The position numbers and the translations under genes are program-made. The notes beneath the pieces were generated by a model that did no database searches, was not told the origin of the DNA, and worked only from the letters and a program-made list of their open reading frames with translations. A DNA stretch of 64,000 nucleotides from Saprospiraceae bacterium (GTDB lineage: Bacteria; Bacteroidota; Bacteroidia; Chitinophagales; Saprospiraceae), in NCBI GenBank assembly GCA_027486765.1, contig JAIXOO010000063.1:12890-76889 (forward strand), written 5' to 3'. Every line of letters begins with the position of its first letter. Position 1 is the stretch's first letter. Of this stretch, positions 46,338-56,430 are shown in pieces.

Positions 46338-47071
46338 TATGGTTCTGTTTTAATTTTTTCCTTAATCATCCCATAGATAAAGATGGGACCGTAGTAGAGG
46401 TATCGTCTCCACAATCTTTTTGGCTCACTAATCAATCTTCCGAGCCATTCCAATCCCAAATCAATCCACAACTGGCTTGGGCGCTTCATACTTCCCGCAT
46501 AAAAATCAAAGACAGCGCCAATACAGCAGGTTATCCTAACATCCAAAGCTGAGTGAAATTGGTAAGCCCATTTTTCTTGCTTTGGAGCCGTCATCCCCAC
46601 AAACAATACCTCGGGTTGAAAAGCATTCACTGCTTCAATCATCGCATGACTGTCTTCCGCTGTAAAGGAAACTTTATAGGGTGGTGAGCAAAACCCAGCG
46701 CTAACCCGGGGATAATCTTTTTTCAGGCGGTTTTGGATTTTCAACAATACTTCCTCCGAAGACCCCAAATAAAAGCATTTTCCGCCTTTGCTATTCAGGT
46801 ACGACAACAGGTATTCATGCACATCCGCTCCTGCAATCTTCGATACTTTTTCTCCGCTTAACCAGCGGATAGAGGCAGTAATGGCCACCCCGTCAGGAAG
46901 CAATACGTCTGAGCCGATTAGTGCTTTTTTAAATTCTGGATCTTTTTCTGCGATGCAATACGAGTACTGATTGAGCGTACTGACTAGAATTTTCTGACCT
47001 GAAACGAGTTCATCTAGCGATCCCGAAAAAAGCTTGAAATTAAAAAACGAGGTAGAGGTATAGTTCTTCAT
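46337..47071 (-). CDS. WecB/TagA/CpsF glycosyltransferase
   Basis: LLPDG, GADVH, VGMTAPKQEKW and LEWLGRL. ATG at 47071 overlaps the upstream stop. Confidence 0.92.
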   Translation of the reverse strand: MKNYTSTSFFNFKLFSGSLDELVSGQKILVSTLNQYSYCIAEKDPEFKKALIGSDVLLPDGVAITASIRWLSGEKVSKIAGADVHEYLLSYLNSKGGKCFYLGSSEEVLLKIQNRLKKDYPRVSAGFCSPPYKVSFTAEDSHAMIEAVNAFQPEVLFVGMTAPKQEKWAYQFHSALDVRITCCIGAVFDFYAGSMKRPSQLWIDLGLEWLGRLISEPKRLWRRYLYYGPIFIYGMIKEKIKTEP

Positions 47072-48267
47072 TCGTAGCTGTTGTGGTAATCCAATTCGTA
47101 TGCAGTTCTTTTTTTCGCCCCATCGTACACAGACTGTAGGCTTTTTAAATTGCTTTCTGGCGTGTAACAATCTTCATATGTTTCTCTTGATCTTAGTCCG
47201 ATTGCTTCTTTTTCCGTTTCGGGCAGGTTATTCCAGTACTCCAATTTTTGGGCTAAATCAGCTGCATCCCCCGTTCTAAAGTGCAGTCCATTGTGATGGT
47301 CCTTAACCATGGTTGACATGGCCCCAATGTTACTAGCGATAATGGGCGTTCCCGTTGAAAAAGCATGCAATAAAGTTAAAGGCATGCCTTCGTACCAAAT
47401 AGATGGAAAGATTAGTGCGGTGCAGTTCCGCAATTCCTCTGATAATTTTTCATGCGGCAAAGCCCCCTTGTAGGTTATATTGGGGTGCAGCATTGCACTC
47501 GTTTTTACTTTTTGCTCCAAAGGACCATAGCCATAAATCACCAGTTCAAGGTTGTTTTTTGCAAAAGCTTCCAGCAAAACATCTACCCCTTTTTCGGAAA
47601 CCAATCTCCCGATGAATGCAAAATAATTGCCCCTTTTGACCCCCTCATCAAAAGAAGGGTCAGGAATTGAATTGCTTTTGATTACGAATTTGTCTTCAGG
47701 AATGCCCAGCGTCGATTGCAGGAAGGTTTTGACTTCAAACTCTGAATTGACGACATAAGCGCTCACCTTTTGCCAGGTTTTTAATTTTTTATGCAGGTAA
47801 ATGCTAAAAGCCAGCCAGAATGTTTGAATACTTGAGTTTCTGTAGACGCTAAGCAGGACTGCTTTCCAGGGGAATTCTTGCTTAATGCTGTCCAAAAACA
47901 GCTCTCCTTTGTGCAAAAGTGTTGCAGAAGGGCAAATGAGCCTATAGTTGTGCAAAGACAATACTACCGGGACTTTACAATAATGGCATGCTACCACAAC
48001 CGAAGGAGAAGCAGCGAAATGCCAATTGTGTACATGAACAACATCCGGCTGATATTTGCGAATTTTAATGATTGTGGTAATAAATGAATATAGGTTAAAA
48101 GGCAGAAAAAAAACCGGAAAAAGCGCACTAAAAAAATGACTTCGGTTTTTAAATTGCAATAGTTCAACGGTAAATCCGGCCCCTTGCAACAAAGCCATTT
48201 CGTCAAGCACTAAATTGTCTTCTCCGCCTTTGAATCGGTAAAAGGTATGAATGATTAAAATTTTCAT
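47068..48267 (-). CDS. Glycosyltransferase family 4, paralog of 50605..51798
   Basis: GGED, VHVHN, LHNYRLICP and PSIWYEGMP; ATG at 48267. Confidence 0.92.
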   Translation of the reverse strand: MKILIIHTFYRFKGGEDNLVLDEMALLQGAGFTVELLQFKNRSHFFSALFPVFFLPFNLYSFITTIIKIRKYQPDVVHVHNWHFAASPSVVVACHYCKVPVVLSLHNYRLICPSATLLHKGELFLDSIKQEFPWKAVLLSVYRNSSIQTFWLAFSIYLHKKLKTWQKVSAYVVNSEFEVKTFLQSTLGIPEDKFVIKSNSIPDPSFDEGVKRGNYFAFIGRLVSEKGVDVLLEAFAKNNLELVIYGYGPLEQKVKTSAMLHPNITYKGALPHEKLSEELRNCTALIFPSIWYEGMPLTLLHAFSTGTPIIASNIGAMSTMVKDHHNGLHFRTGDAADLAQKLEYWNNLPETEKEAIGLRSRETYEDCYTPESNLKSLQSVYDGAKKRTAYELDYHNSYE

Positions 48268-48271
48268 CTCT

Positions 48272-49417
48272 CTAATTCTTAACGATTGACAATGAATTCT
48301 TAAGGGTCTCGACAACTCGGTTCTGATCCTGTTCAGTTAGTTCAAAAAACAGTGGCAAGCGAAGCAAACAATCAGTATAGCTATCGCTGTTCGGAAGTTC
48401 CCGTTGGTCATGTTTCCCCTTGTAAAAAGAGCTTTTGTGTAAGGATAAATAATGAAACACTGCATGAATGTTTTTTTCCTTGAGCTGCTGAATGAGTGTA
48501 GTACGTTCTTGTACGTTTTTCAAGACGAGGTAAAACATGTGACTATTGTTCGTTGCATATTCCGGAACATAGGGCAGCATGATGTTTTGTTCCATGGCAA
48601 AACCCTTTAAATTTTCGTAATATCTTTCCCAAATTTCCGTCCTTCTTTTTTGAATGAAACTTAGGTTTTCCAACTGGGCATATAAAAAGGCAGCAATAAG
48701 TTCTGAGGGTAAAAAAGAAGATCCAATGTCTACCCAACCATATTTATCAACTTCTCCTCTGAAAAATGCAGAGCGGTTGGTCCCTTTTTCCCAAATGATT
48801 TCTGCACGTTTGATAAAGCGTTCATCGTTAATCACTAATAATCCACCCTCCCCACAAATAATGTTCTTCGTTTCGTGAAAGGAAAAAGCCCCTAAATGAC
48901 CAATTCCCCCCAAAGGCCTGCCCTTGTAATACGCATCGATGGCTTGAGCTGCATCTTCTACTACCCACAATCCATAGCGATTTGCGAGCTCCATTATGGT
49001 GTCCATGTCGCAGGCGACTCCGGCATAATGAACAACTACGATGGCTTTGGTTTTCGGCGTGATTAATGCTTCGATGCTCAGCTCGTCAATACCCGGATGA
49101 TCTGCTCTGGAATCAGCAAATACAATTTTGGCACCTCTCAACAGAAAGGGGTTTGCCGTAGAAACAAAAGTATACGAAGGCACGATGACTTCATCTCCGG
49201 CCTGTATGTCTAGCAGTATGGCCGCTATTTCCAAGGCATCCGTACAGGAGCTTGTCAAAAGACATTTGCGGAAACGGTACTGCGATTCAAAATAGTTCTG
49301 GCATTTTTGTGTAAATGAGCCATTCCCACTAAGGTGTCCTGACTTCATGGCAAGGCCAATATTGTGTTCTTCCTTTCCGGTTAGAAATGGTTTGTTGAAT
49401 GGGATTTTATGTTCCAT
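48272..49417 (-). CDS. rffA: dTDP-4-amino-4,6-dideoxygalactose transaminase (WecE/RffA)
   Basis: SCTDALE, VEDAAQA, SFHETKN and WEKGTNR. Confidence 0.9.
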   Translation of the reverse strand: MEHKIPFNKPFLTGKEEHNIGLAMKSGHLSGNGSFTQKCQNYFESQYRFRKCLLTSSCTDALEIAAILLDIQAGDEVIVPSYTFVSTANPFLLRGAKIVFADSRADHPGIDELSIEALITPKTKAIVVVHYAGVACDMDTIMELANRYGLWVVEDAAQAIDAYYKGRPLGGIGHLGAFSFHETKNIICGEGGLLVINDERFIKRAEIIWEKGTNRSAFFRGEVDKYGWVDIGSSFLPSELIAAFLYAQLENLSFIQKRRTEIWERYYENLKGFAMEQNIMLPYVPEYATNNSHMFYLVLKNVQERTTLIQQLKEKNIHAVFHYLSLHKSSFYKGKHDQRELPNSDSYTDCLLRLPLFFELTEQDQNRVVETLKNSLSIVKN

Positions 49418-49458
49418 TGCTTTCAAATTCGGGTTATACAATACTTTTCGGGAAATAC

Positions 49459-50577
49459 TCATTGCATGGCTTTGAGTATTCCCATCTTAAAGTTTTCCAC
49501 CATGTTTTCAATCGTGTATTTTTCGGCGCTGTACCTGCAATGTTCCAACATCTGCTTGTATTGCGCGCTTAACAAAAGCTGGACAACTGCCTTGCTGTAA
49601 TGGGTGATTGTATTGTCAACAATCAGTCCGTTTTTTCCATCTTCGAGGTACTCGATTTCCGGGCTATGAAATTCATAGCGGGTTGTCACGATGGGTGTTT
49701 CAAGTGCGAAAGCATCCAAAATGCCCAATCCTACCAGTCCTGGCATCAAGAAGAGGGCTGAAATTTTGAAATACTTGACCCTATCTTTTCCGAATTTTGG
49801 TCCGACATAATGTATCCAGGGGTACTGTGCGGCTGCCTGGATTATTTTTGTGGCATCAATACCTGAGCCAATAAAAATCATGTGAAAATCGGGGACTTCC
49901 TGTTTTACCCTTAGGCAACTTTCCAGCAAAAAATCAATCCGCTTTTCCGGATAAATTCCTCCACAAAAGATTCCAACCTGATCACTCTCTATGCCCAATT
50001 CCTTTTTCAATGCTGTTGTTTCGAGGTCAGTAGTTTGGGCGTATTCCTGCTGGATAAATTGCGTATCTATGGCATTTTGCACATTCGTGATTTGTGCTTG
50101 AGGGTAACCTTTTTCAATAAGAAAATCTTTTACCCCACTGGTGTAGGCAAACCACCAATCGCATTGTTTCAAAAAAAGATACTTGAATTGATTGGCGAAG
50201 CTATTCAACGTATCCTGCTTATTTCTGCCATGCCCCCAGAAGCCCAATCTGGTATTTGAAAAACGTCTTTTGATCATTAAAAGGTAGTTCAAAATCAACT
50301 TGTTTGCAGATTCCACTACGATTAAATCCTTGTCTTTCAGCTCGTTCAAACAAGGCTGCCAAACCAGAGTGCTATTGCCAAATTTCAACGTTTTATTGGG
50401 GATGTATTTACTCCAGGCCAATTCTACCGCATCATTTTTCAGCCCTTCATCATTGTTTTGTTTGCCGTAGATCAATGTCAATTCTACCCCTTCTTCAGCA
50501 AGCGCATTTTTCAGCCCTTCAAAGAATTCTCGTCGGTATTGCACCAGGGTTCTTTGGATGATTGCCACTTTTTTCAT
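49459..50577 (-). CDS. Glycosyltransferase family 4
   Basis: GT-B fold features: WGHG, KRIDFL and GLGILDAF...PEIEY. Confidence 0.88.
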   Translation of the reverse strand: MKKVAIIQRTLVQYRREFFEGLKNALAEEGVELTLIYGKQNNDEGLKNDAVELAWSKYIPNKTLKFGNSTLVWQPCLNELKDKDLIVVESANKLILNYLLMIKRRFSNTRLGFWGHGRNKQDTLNSFANQFKYLFLKQCDWWFAYTSGVKDFLIEKGYPQAQITNVQNAIDTQFIQQEYAQTTDLETTALKKELGIESDQVGIFCGGIYPEKRIDFLLESCLRVKQEVPDFHMIFIGSGIDATKIIQAAAQYPWIHYVGPKFGKDRVKYFKISALFLMPGLVGLGILDAFALETPIVTTRYEFHSPEIEYLEDGKNGLIVDNTITHYSKAVVQLLLSAQYKQMLEHCRYSAEKYTIENMVENFKMGILKAMQ

Positions 50578-50604
50578 GCGATGTTCATTTGAAATTAAAT
50601 TAGG

Positions 50605-51798
50605 TTAGTTTTCGATGAGCTGTGGCTTCAATCCGTACTCACTTTTCACATCTGCATATATTGACTCCAGGCGTTGAATGTTGGCTTGCGGGGTGTAATT
50701 TTTTTCATATGCCACTCTTGCTCTTTGCGAATAAAGCTCCTTTTCATTTTCCGAACATGCGCTCCAGTAAGCCAATTTCTGAGCAAGATCGACGGGGTTT
50801 CCAGCTTCAAAATGCAATCCATTGTAGTGATCCTGAATCATTGTTGACATTGCCCCCAGATTACTCGCAATGACCGGAGTACCCGTTGAAAAGGCTTCAA
50901 TTACGGTCAATGGCATACCTTCAAACCAGATCGAAGGAAAAATAAGTGCACTACATTTTCGCAATTCATCGAACAAGTCATCATGAGGCAAAGCACCTTT
51001 GTAGGTAATGTTTTGATGCAGCGCTGCGAAATCCCTAACCTTTTGCTCCAGAGGGCCGTATCCATATATAAGCAGTTGGAAATTTGTGTTGGCAAAAGCA
51101 TCCAACAAGACATCAATCCCTTTTTCAACAACCAATCTGCCTACAAATACAAAATGATTCTTTCTGGCAACGCTCACCCCAAAGGGGGGGTCGGTGATAG
51201 AGTTTTGCTTAATGGTGAACTTATTTGCCGGAATCCCAAAGGTTGATTGTACAAAGATGTCCTTCATGAATTCCGAAAAAACAATGAACCTGCTTACCTT
51301 TTGCCAGGTTTTTAATTTTTTATGCAAATAAACGGTAAAAGCCAGCCAGAAAGTCTGCAGACTTGAGTTTCTATAGGCCCCGATTTTAATGGCAGTCCAG
51401 GGGAATTTCTCCTTCAAACTTTCTAAAAAAAGATCTCCTTTATAAAACAATATTGCCGAGGGGCAAATTAGCCGAAAATTGTGCGCGGTCAATACTATCG
51501 GTATTTTGAAAAAATGCGCTGCAATAATCACCGAAGGCGAAGCAGCAAAATGCCAATTGTGCAAATGAACGATATCCGGTTGGTATTTGCGTATTGTCTT
51601 TATTGTTTTGAAGAACGACGATACATTAAAAACCGCAAAAAATAAAACAACAAGTGCGCTTAATACATGTGAAGGGTTTTGGAAAGCCAACAGCTCCACT
51701 TCAAAGCTGGCATCTTTCAGCAAAGCTATTTTTCCAAGTACCATGTTGTCCTCTCCACCCTTTTCCCGATAAAATGAATGGATGATCAGAATTTTCAT
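50605..51798 (-). CDS. Glycosyltransferase family 4, paralog of 47068..48267
   Basis: GGED, VHLHN, HNFRLICP and PSIWFEGMP. Confidence 0.92.
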   Translation of the reverse strand: MKILIIHSFYREKGGEDNMVLGKIALLKDASFEVELLAFQNPSHVLSALVVLFFAVFNVSSFFKTIKTIRKYQPDIVHLHNWHFAASPSVIIAAHFFKIPIVLTAHNFRLICPSAILFYKGDLFLESLKEKFPWTAIKIGAYRNSSLQTFWLAFTVYLHKKLKTWQKVSRFIVFSEFMKDIFVQSTFGIPANKFTIKQNSITDPPFGVSVARKNHFVFVGRLVVEKGIDVLLDAFANTNFQLLIYGYGPLEQKVRDFAALHQNITYKGALPHDDLFDELRKCSALIFPSIWFEGMPLTVIEAFSTGTPVIASNLGAMSTMIQDHYNGLHFEAGNPVDLAQKLAYWSACSENEKELYSQRARVAYEKNYTPQANIQRLESIYADVKSEYGLKPQLIEN

Positions 51799-51862
51799 CT
51801 AACTTTGTTTAGCCAAGATTGAGAACATCGTATTGTTTTGGGAAGGTCGGAAATGAATGCAT

Positions 51863-52720
51863 TCAAGCTGTTTTTTTAAATACGTCATACACCAGCGGGA
51901 ATAGCGTTTTTAGCCATAATTTCAAAAAAGATGCGGGTAAATTTAAAGGAAAATGTTTTTTTATAAATAGCAAGTATTCTTTGTAGGCCAGCCCCTTTAC
52001 GCTATACAAATACTTCACCCTTTCTGAAAGTTTCACGTCACCAGATTTCCAGTTTTTCTCATGATCATTGGCACAAATTCCAAGAATACCTGGCGCGACA
52101 ATCACCGAAAATCCAGCTTTTTTGGCCCTTAAGGTATAATCGAAATCCGCGATGGCATGCGTGAATTCTTTGGACAAAGTGCCAATTTTAGCCACAATTT
52201 CAGCAGGAACCATCATAATGTTCGAATTTGCCATGTCACATTCGATGCTATGCGCTTGGGGCTCCACGCGGTAACTCTGTGGCTGATACCTGGAATACAA
52301 TTTTCTACCTCCGTAGGTTATTTCCTCAGAATTTGGGTCTTTAGTTGTTCCCACACTGATGGCTTGCTGGCCATGTTTTGCAACATGGTCAGTGCAGCTT
52401 TGCAACATGATTTTTACGGTATCCCTTTGCAGAAAAGTATCATCGTTTAATAACAAGTAATAGTCTGCATTGGCAGAGAGTGCCATCGTCCATGAGTGGA
52501 TCATTCCTCCAGCCCAGAACAAATTACCACTGCCGTGGTAGACATGGGTCTCGGGATATTGTTCCAGAATTGCCTTCGTTGTCCCGTCGGTAGACGCGTC
52601 ATCGGTCAGAAAAACTTCTAAATGCAGGTCATCCGGGATTTCCTGGCCTTTTAGATTGCCCAAACAGGTAAGCGTTTTGACTTTCCTATTGTGTGTTGCC
52701 AACAAAACAGCTATTTTCAT
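51863..52720 (-). CDS. Glycosyltransferase family 2
   Basis: THNR, DDASTDGT, GNLFWAGG and LNDD. Confidence 0.92.
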   Translation of the reverse strand: MKIAVLLATHNRKVKTLTCLGNLKGQEIPDDLHLEVFLTDDASTDGTTKAILEQYPETHVYHGSGNLFWAGGMIHSWTMALSANADYYLLLNDDTFLQRDTVKIMLQSCTDHVAKHGQQAISVGTTKDPNSEEITYGGRKLYSRYQPQSYRVEPQAHSIECDMANSNIMMVPAEIVAKIGTLSKEFTHAIADFDYTLRAKKAGFSVIVAPGILGICANDHEKNWKSGDVKLSERVKYLYSVKGLAYKEYLLFIKKHFPLNLPASFLKLWLKTLFPLVYDVFKKTA

Positions 52721-52734
52721 AAGAGTTATACAGC

Positions 52735-54006
52735 TTAGTTTGCAGAAGAATATTCGATATTTACTTGAACTGGCTTTTTAACCAGTACGTAAATGAGCTC
52801 AGGAAATTTGTAATAAGGGAGGAACAAAAACATCAGTGCTATCGGTGTAGTCAAGATTGGAGAACCAAACCCCAATACAATCATGACCAATACACAGTAG
52901 ACGACGCATTCAAAGTATTTTACATTTTTTTTACAAAATTTTGCATAACAGGACATCAAATATACAAAGCCAACTAAACCATATTTCGCCATAAAATCCA
53001 TAATCCCGTTGGATATGTTGACATTGTATACCTTGTTCATCACTTCATCGTACATGTTACTAACCCCAAAGATTAGTTTGTGCTTAAACATATTGTAAAT
53101 ATAAGCAATGCTTGCGAATCGATTTAAACGCATTTGCATTTCTATATCATCATAATAGTGGGATAAATGCTCAATGTTTTCCAAATTATCCATATCACTA
53201 CTGTATAAGGAGACTATTTTTTCGCCAATAAATGGGGTTTTAATCATGATCAGCACCAAAAGCGGGATCATTAGGATCACTCCAAAATTAACTTTCCGGT
53301 GTTTGTAGCGGTATACCATAAATAGGAGAATCAACAAAGCCAGATAGGCCGTGGTAGAAACAGTTGTAATGACCCCGATGATCAGAATGATTGAGCTGCG
53401 GTCAAAAGTAAATTTGTTGATGAATAAATTCAACATCAGCGAGATGATTAAAAAGCAACCAAAGCCGCCTGGTTCCCAGACAAACCCTGAGTTCCGGTAA
53501 TCGTGTAATTCTTTGGTATAAGTAAAAACCAGGCAATTGGCAAATATTTCGCTGTACGGCTCTTGGGGAGTCAAATGCAACATTTTAATAAAATTGAAAA
53601 AAGCTCCTCCCCCTATCAATTGAAAAGCAAAAAACAAAAAAGAAACCAGGGTTAAATCAGTCATTACTTTGACGATATTTTGACTGGTTTCATGTTTTAA
53701 AATAGCAACAAATAAAAAACTTAAAAAAAGAAACTTAAACAAAAAAAGTACATCACTGACCAAAAACGGCATAGGGAGACTATTGAACAATACGTTCCTA
53801 ATCAGAATGTATGCAAAAAAAGCGATTGAAAAGCCACCAAATATCCTCAATTCTTTCTTGGTTAATGCGTTGTATTTCAGCGCCACAAAGAAAAAAGAGA
53901 GCAGCGTTACAAACCAGAGCAAATTGCTGGATGACAGGATGTTCGACTTTGCGGCCAACAACAAAAAGAGGAAAGTCAATAGATAATTTAGCCTGCTTCG
54001 CTTCAT
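52735..54006 (-). CDS. wzy: Polysaccharide polymerase (Wzy-like)
   Basis: About 10 TM helices; RNSGFVWEPG, TTVSTT and RLNR in loops; located in a Wzx/Wza/Wzc locus. Confidence 0.7.
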   Translation of the reverse strand: MKRSRLNYLLTFLFLLLAAKSNILSSSNLLWFVTLLSFFFVALKYNALTKKELRIFGGFSIAFFAYILIRNVLFNSLPMPFLVSDVLFLFKFLFLSFLFVAILKHETSQNIVKVMTDLTLVSFLFFAFQLIGGGAFFNFIKMLHLTPQEPYSEIFANCLVFTYTKELHDYRNSGFVWEPGGFGCFLIISLMLNLFINKFTFDRSSIILIIGVITTVSTTAYLALLILLFMVYRYKHRKVNFGVILMIPLLVLIMIKTPFIGEKIVSLYSSDMDNLENIEHLSHYYDDIEMQMRLNRFASIAYIYNMFKHKLIFGVSNMYDEVMNKVYNVNISNGIMDFMAKYGLVGFVYLMSCYAKFCKKNVKYFECVVYCVLVMIVLGFGSPILTTPIALMFLFLPYYKFPELIYVLVKKPVQVNIEYSSAN

Positions 54007-54032
54007 TTGTAAACGTTTTTTTGAGCGCACTC

Positions 54033-54995
54033 CTAGCTAGCTTGCGTTTTTTGTTCCTGTGATAAGTTGCTGGTCAATTTTTGGAATTGTCTTTCGTTTG
54101 GGGTCTTGATGCGCAGCATTCTCAAGATTTTTCCTGCCCAGGTTCTAGGTTTAATCACCAATCCATAATGTCCTAAAATCAGCAGACACCCTGCGCATCC
54201 CGCTACTATCCTGATCACTGGGTTGAGATTGTGGTAGACCCGGTTGCTCCAACCAATCTCACTGATGGTATCCTTGGCGGCTTTTAGAATTGGGAAATAG
54301 CCCCAGATCTTTTTTTCGCCTAAGTTCCTGGCATAGCCATGAAAACCTGCCGATACCCCGCCTGCTTCCTTATTGTATCCAACAAAATCAAGTCGTTTTA
54401 CCTTGCCTTGATAGACCAAACTCGCCACAAAATGCCAGGCAGCGCCTAGTGTAGAATAAAAGGGAACTCTTTGGCCTTGTTCCCGGCGCATCAAGCCATG
54501 AAAAATGGACCCCAGGGTTACTTCAGCGTAAAACTTGAGGGTACGTAGAATTGGTATGGGCCCTTCGTAATCGACCGCTAACTCCCGAAAGATTAATTTT
54601 TCCTCATCAACAAGATCAAAATCCCCACTAACCAGCGAATAATCGGGATTGGCTTCCATGAACTCAACATATTTCTCAATGGTCTCCGGTTCAAACGTAT
54701 CATCATCGGCCAGAAAAATAAAATACTTCCCGGTGGCTTTTTCCAGGACATATTCAAAATTACGGGCTAAACCAAAATTTTTTGGCTGGCGATAGTATCG
54801 AATCCGGGTTTCACGTTTCATCAGTGCTCTTACAAAATCTTCTGTTTGATCGGTAGAAGCATTGTCCGAAATCACAATTTCGAGGTTCTGATAAGTTTGT
54901 GCCAAAATAGAATCGATTGCTTTTTCCAGAGACTGGACTCGATTGTAACTTGGAACACCTACACTAACCACAGGAAGATGATTGGTCGATGACAT
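54033..54995 (-). CDS. Glycosyltransferase family 2
   Basis: VPSYNR, ISDNASTD and FLADDD. Confidence 0.92.
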   Translation of the reverse strand: MSSTNHLPVVSVGVPSYNRVQSLEKAIDSILAQTYQNLEIVISDNASTDQTEDFVRALMKRETRIRYYRQPKNFGLARNFEYVLEKATGKYFIFLADDDTFEPETIEKYVEFMEANPDYSLVSGDFDLVDEEKLIFRELAVDYEGPIPILRTLKFYAEVTLGSIFHGLMRREQGQRVPFYSTLGAAWHFVASLVYQGKVKRLDFVGYNKEAGGVSAGFHGYARNLGEKKIWGYFPILKAAKDTISEIGWSNRVYHNLNPVIRIVAGCAGCLLILGHYGLVIKPRTWAGKILRMLRIKTPNERQFQKLTSNLSQEQKTQAS

Positions 54996-55047
54996 AGCAA
55001 AAAATTTAAATTTAAAAATTCAGGCTAGGGCGATAAAAAATAAATGT

Positions 55048-56412
55048 TCATTTTTTGGCCCAAATACCTTTTGCTTTGTTTTCCAGAAGCAAATAACTTT
55101 GAATAGGGTAAATACAAGCGGCAATGATCAGGATTACAATTGCTCCCATGACAATACCACTTAGCCCCATATTTAGCGTTTTTGCAAAAAGAAAACACAA
55201 AGGAATATTGATGATGATACCCACTAGCGCTACCAGTATTTGGGTATACAACACGCTTAGTCCATTCAAAACTTTATTAAAAATATTGTTCCAAAACCAC
55301 AGTACCACATAAAGCCCCATAAACCACTTTAAGGAATCGGGCACGACCACTGTTTCTCCAACCCAAATATTTTTTATGGGTTGAAAAAACACAATGATCC
55401 CTAGAACGAATACGACGTAACCCACAAATACCTTGAGCAAAAACTTCAACTTGTTTTTTATCCAATCCAAATCACCTTTAGAAAAGGCTTCAGTACTGGC
55501 TGACCACAGTGGTTGAACCAGGATACTCGCAAGAATTGTGGCAACCTGAAAGATTTTTTGGGTCACATAATAAGGGGTAACCTCTGCAGCACCATACAAT
55601 TGTGAAATGATCAAACTGTCTGTCGTCAAAACAACCACAACCGATACCTCAAGAATAAAAAAGCGACCGCCTAGGTTGGCGATGCTCCTGATTTTGTCTT
55701 TGCTGAAAAATCGAAAACTTGGAATCAAGCGGGGATTGTATTTAAATGTAAAATAGCTCAGCAGAATTGACCCTGCCATCAATGAAAAACTGTACCACTT
55801 TGCAACGAACAAAAACCTCGACTCTATTGCAACGGTATTTGAAAACAGTAAAAAAACAACGAGCATCAGAAAATTTCCAATGATCAGTCCCAGTGAAATA
55901 AAACTATTTTTCTGGAGCGCATTCAAAATAGCGTTCGTCAAACTCAGCAGGAAATTAAAAATGATGCTTAATACGACCATTAGAACCCCAACTTTCAGTT
56001 GATGCCCATCAATAACAGTCGTGTTAAAAATTGCTGGGAAGTTTAAAAAACCAAACAATGAAATTACCAGGGCTGCAATGGTGATTACAATTGTGCCAAG
56101 AGAAATATAGGCAGTGGACACATACGCTCTTGCAGTATCAAAATCGCCCACCGCCAAAGCTTCGGATAGTTTATTTCTCATGCCGTTTCCAATGCCGATG
56201 TCCATAAATAAAATCCAGTTGGCACTTGCAATAAGTGTAACCCATACGCCGTAACGCTCCTGCCCAAGGAACTGAATATAGAGCGGAACCAGCATCAAAT
56301 TAAGTGCTACGCTGGTTCCTTTTAGAATTAAAGAGATAAAAACCTGTTTGTTGAAATTCCTGTCTCTCGTTCCCGATGTATAACTTTCAGTTTCACCTTT
56401 CATTATCAACAA
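55048..56412 (-). CDS. wzx: Polysaccharide flippase (Wzx/MATE-like)
   Basis: 12 or more TM helices; LG.ERYGVW, DIGIG and TDSLIISQLYG..V..Y. Confidence 0.85.
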   Translation of the reverse strand: MLIMKGETESYTSGTRDRNFNKQVFISLILKGTSVALNLMLVPLYIQFLGQERYGVWVTLIASANWILFMDIGIGNGMRNKLSEALAVGDFDTARAYVSTAYISLGTIVITIAALVISLFGFLNFPAIFNTTVIDGHQLKVGVLMVVLSIIFNFLLSLTNAILNALQKNSFISLGLIIGNFLMLVVFLLFSNTVAIESRFLFVAKWYSFSLMAGSILLSYFTFKYNPRLIPSFRFFSKDKIRSIANLGGRFFILEVSVVVVLTTDSLIISQLYGAAEVTPYYVTQKIFQVATILASILVQPLWSASTEAFSKGDLDWIKNKLKFLLKVFVGYVVFVLGIIVFFQPIKNIWVGETVVVPDSLKWFMGLYVVLWFWNNIFNKVLNGLSVLYTQILVALVGIIINIPLCFLFAKTLNMGLSGIVMGAIVILIIAACIYPIQSYLLLENKAKGIWAKK

Positions 56413-56430
56413 GCACTTGTTTTCCCGGAT

